A stretch of 63,604 nt of DNA, filler included, from Octopus bimaculoides (lineage: Eukaryota): assembly GCF_001194135.2 (NCBI RefSeq). It is 5 parts of 5 records of this genome, joined end to end, with 100 filler letters (N's around TTAATTAATTAA, not from the genome) between each part and the next. Parts side by side here need not be neighbours in the genome. Positions count along the whole stretch, not along the records: positions 62,256 to 63,604 come from NC_068989.1; 4 more parts are not named here. One strand, 5' to 3'. Under the pieces are notes generated by a model. The model ran no database searches. It saw nothing but the letters and a program-made list of their open reading frames with translations, and had not been told where the DNA came from. The translations under genes were made by a program, and so were the position numbers. Positions within the stretch are counted from its first letter, which is position 1, and each line of letters opens with the position of its first letter. Shown one piece after another: positions 63,009-63,604 of this stretch.

Positions 63009-63474
63009 AGTTACTCGATGAAGGAGTCCCTAATTTGTATACCGAAAGTGTTTAACACTCTATAAATACCAACGGTCTGTCATTGGGAAACTTAGTCCTC
63101 ACAGTATGATATAATAAATATGTAACATATGGCATAATTATAAACATATGATATGATTAGGAACAGGGTAAATTTTAGCTATTTCTCTGCAGCTTCAAAA
63201 ACAAAATGACGAACAAACTTAATTGGTTTTCCAACCTTATTGGTTTCTCATGTGAGGCGTCCACATCATTATGACAGTCTGCTGAGAAACAATCAGCCAA
63301 ACTGTTTACATGCTCAATAAATGCAGCAGTTACTCTATGAAAGAGTCCTTATATTTCCATACCGGAAGTGATTAACACTCTATAAATACCAGCGGGCAAT
63401 CAACAGGTATCTTAGTCCACACATTATCACGGTATGATATAATACATATGTAACAGATGGTATAATTATAAACA
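63009..63474. repeat. ~140-bp diverged direct repeat, period ~319 bp
   Basis: AGTTACTC.ATGAA.GAGTCC...TTAACACTCTATAAATACCA.CGG...CTTAGTCC...GTATGATATAATA.ATATGTAACA.ATGG.ATAATTATAAACA at 63009-63146 and 63328-63474. Confidence 0.85.
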
Positions 63475-63523
63475 GGACAATACACAAGCACACACGCACG
63501 CACAAACATACATACATATATAA

Positions 63524-63604
<81 letters not shown>

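Overview
AT-rich, microsatellite-dense eukaryotic DNA. The repeat families look like those of an octopus genome (inference from recognition, not a database search). About 15 N-gaps are present, four of them carrying an artificial TTAATTAATTAA spacer. No gene can be named: the long ORFs in the track are microsatellite or gap artefacts, and only low-confidence small-exon candidates remain. The sequence is dominated by several tRNA-derived SINE families, decayed RTE, Tx1/L1 and CR1-like LINE fragments, a mariner relic, mariner/TTAA/hAT MITEs and a Helentron-type (DINE-1-like) element. Most interesting: (i) a ~55-nt 3' tail shared by a Tx1/L1-type LINE remnant, a second LINE-like 3' end and one tail variant of a modular SINE; (ii) several long fold-back palindromes, one built from an RTE 3' end; (iii) a TTAA MITE carrying two later DNA-element insertions; (iv) a CpG-poor to CpG-rich transition near 43.5-44 kb; (v) a decayed Penelope-type hammerhead motif. 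Coordinates were counted by eye and repeat boundaries are approximate.
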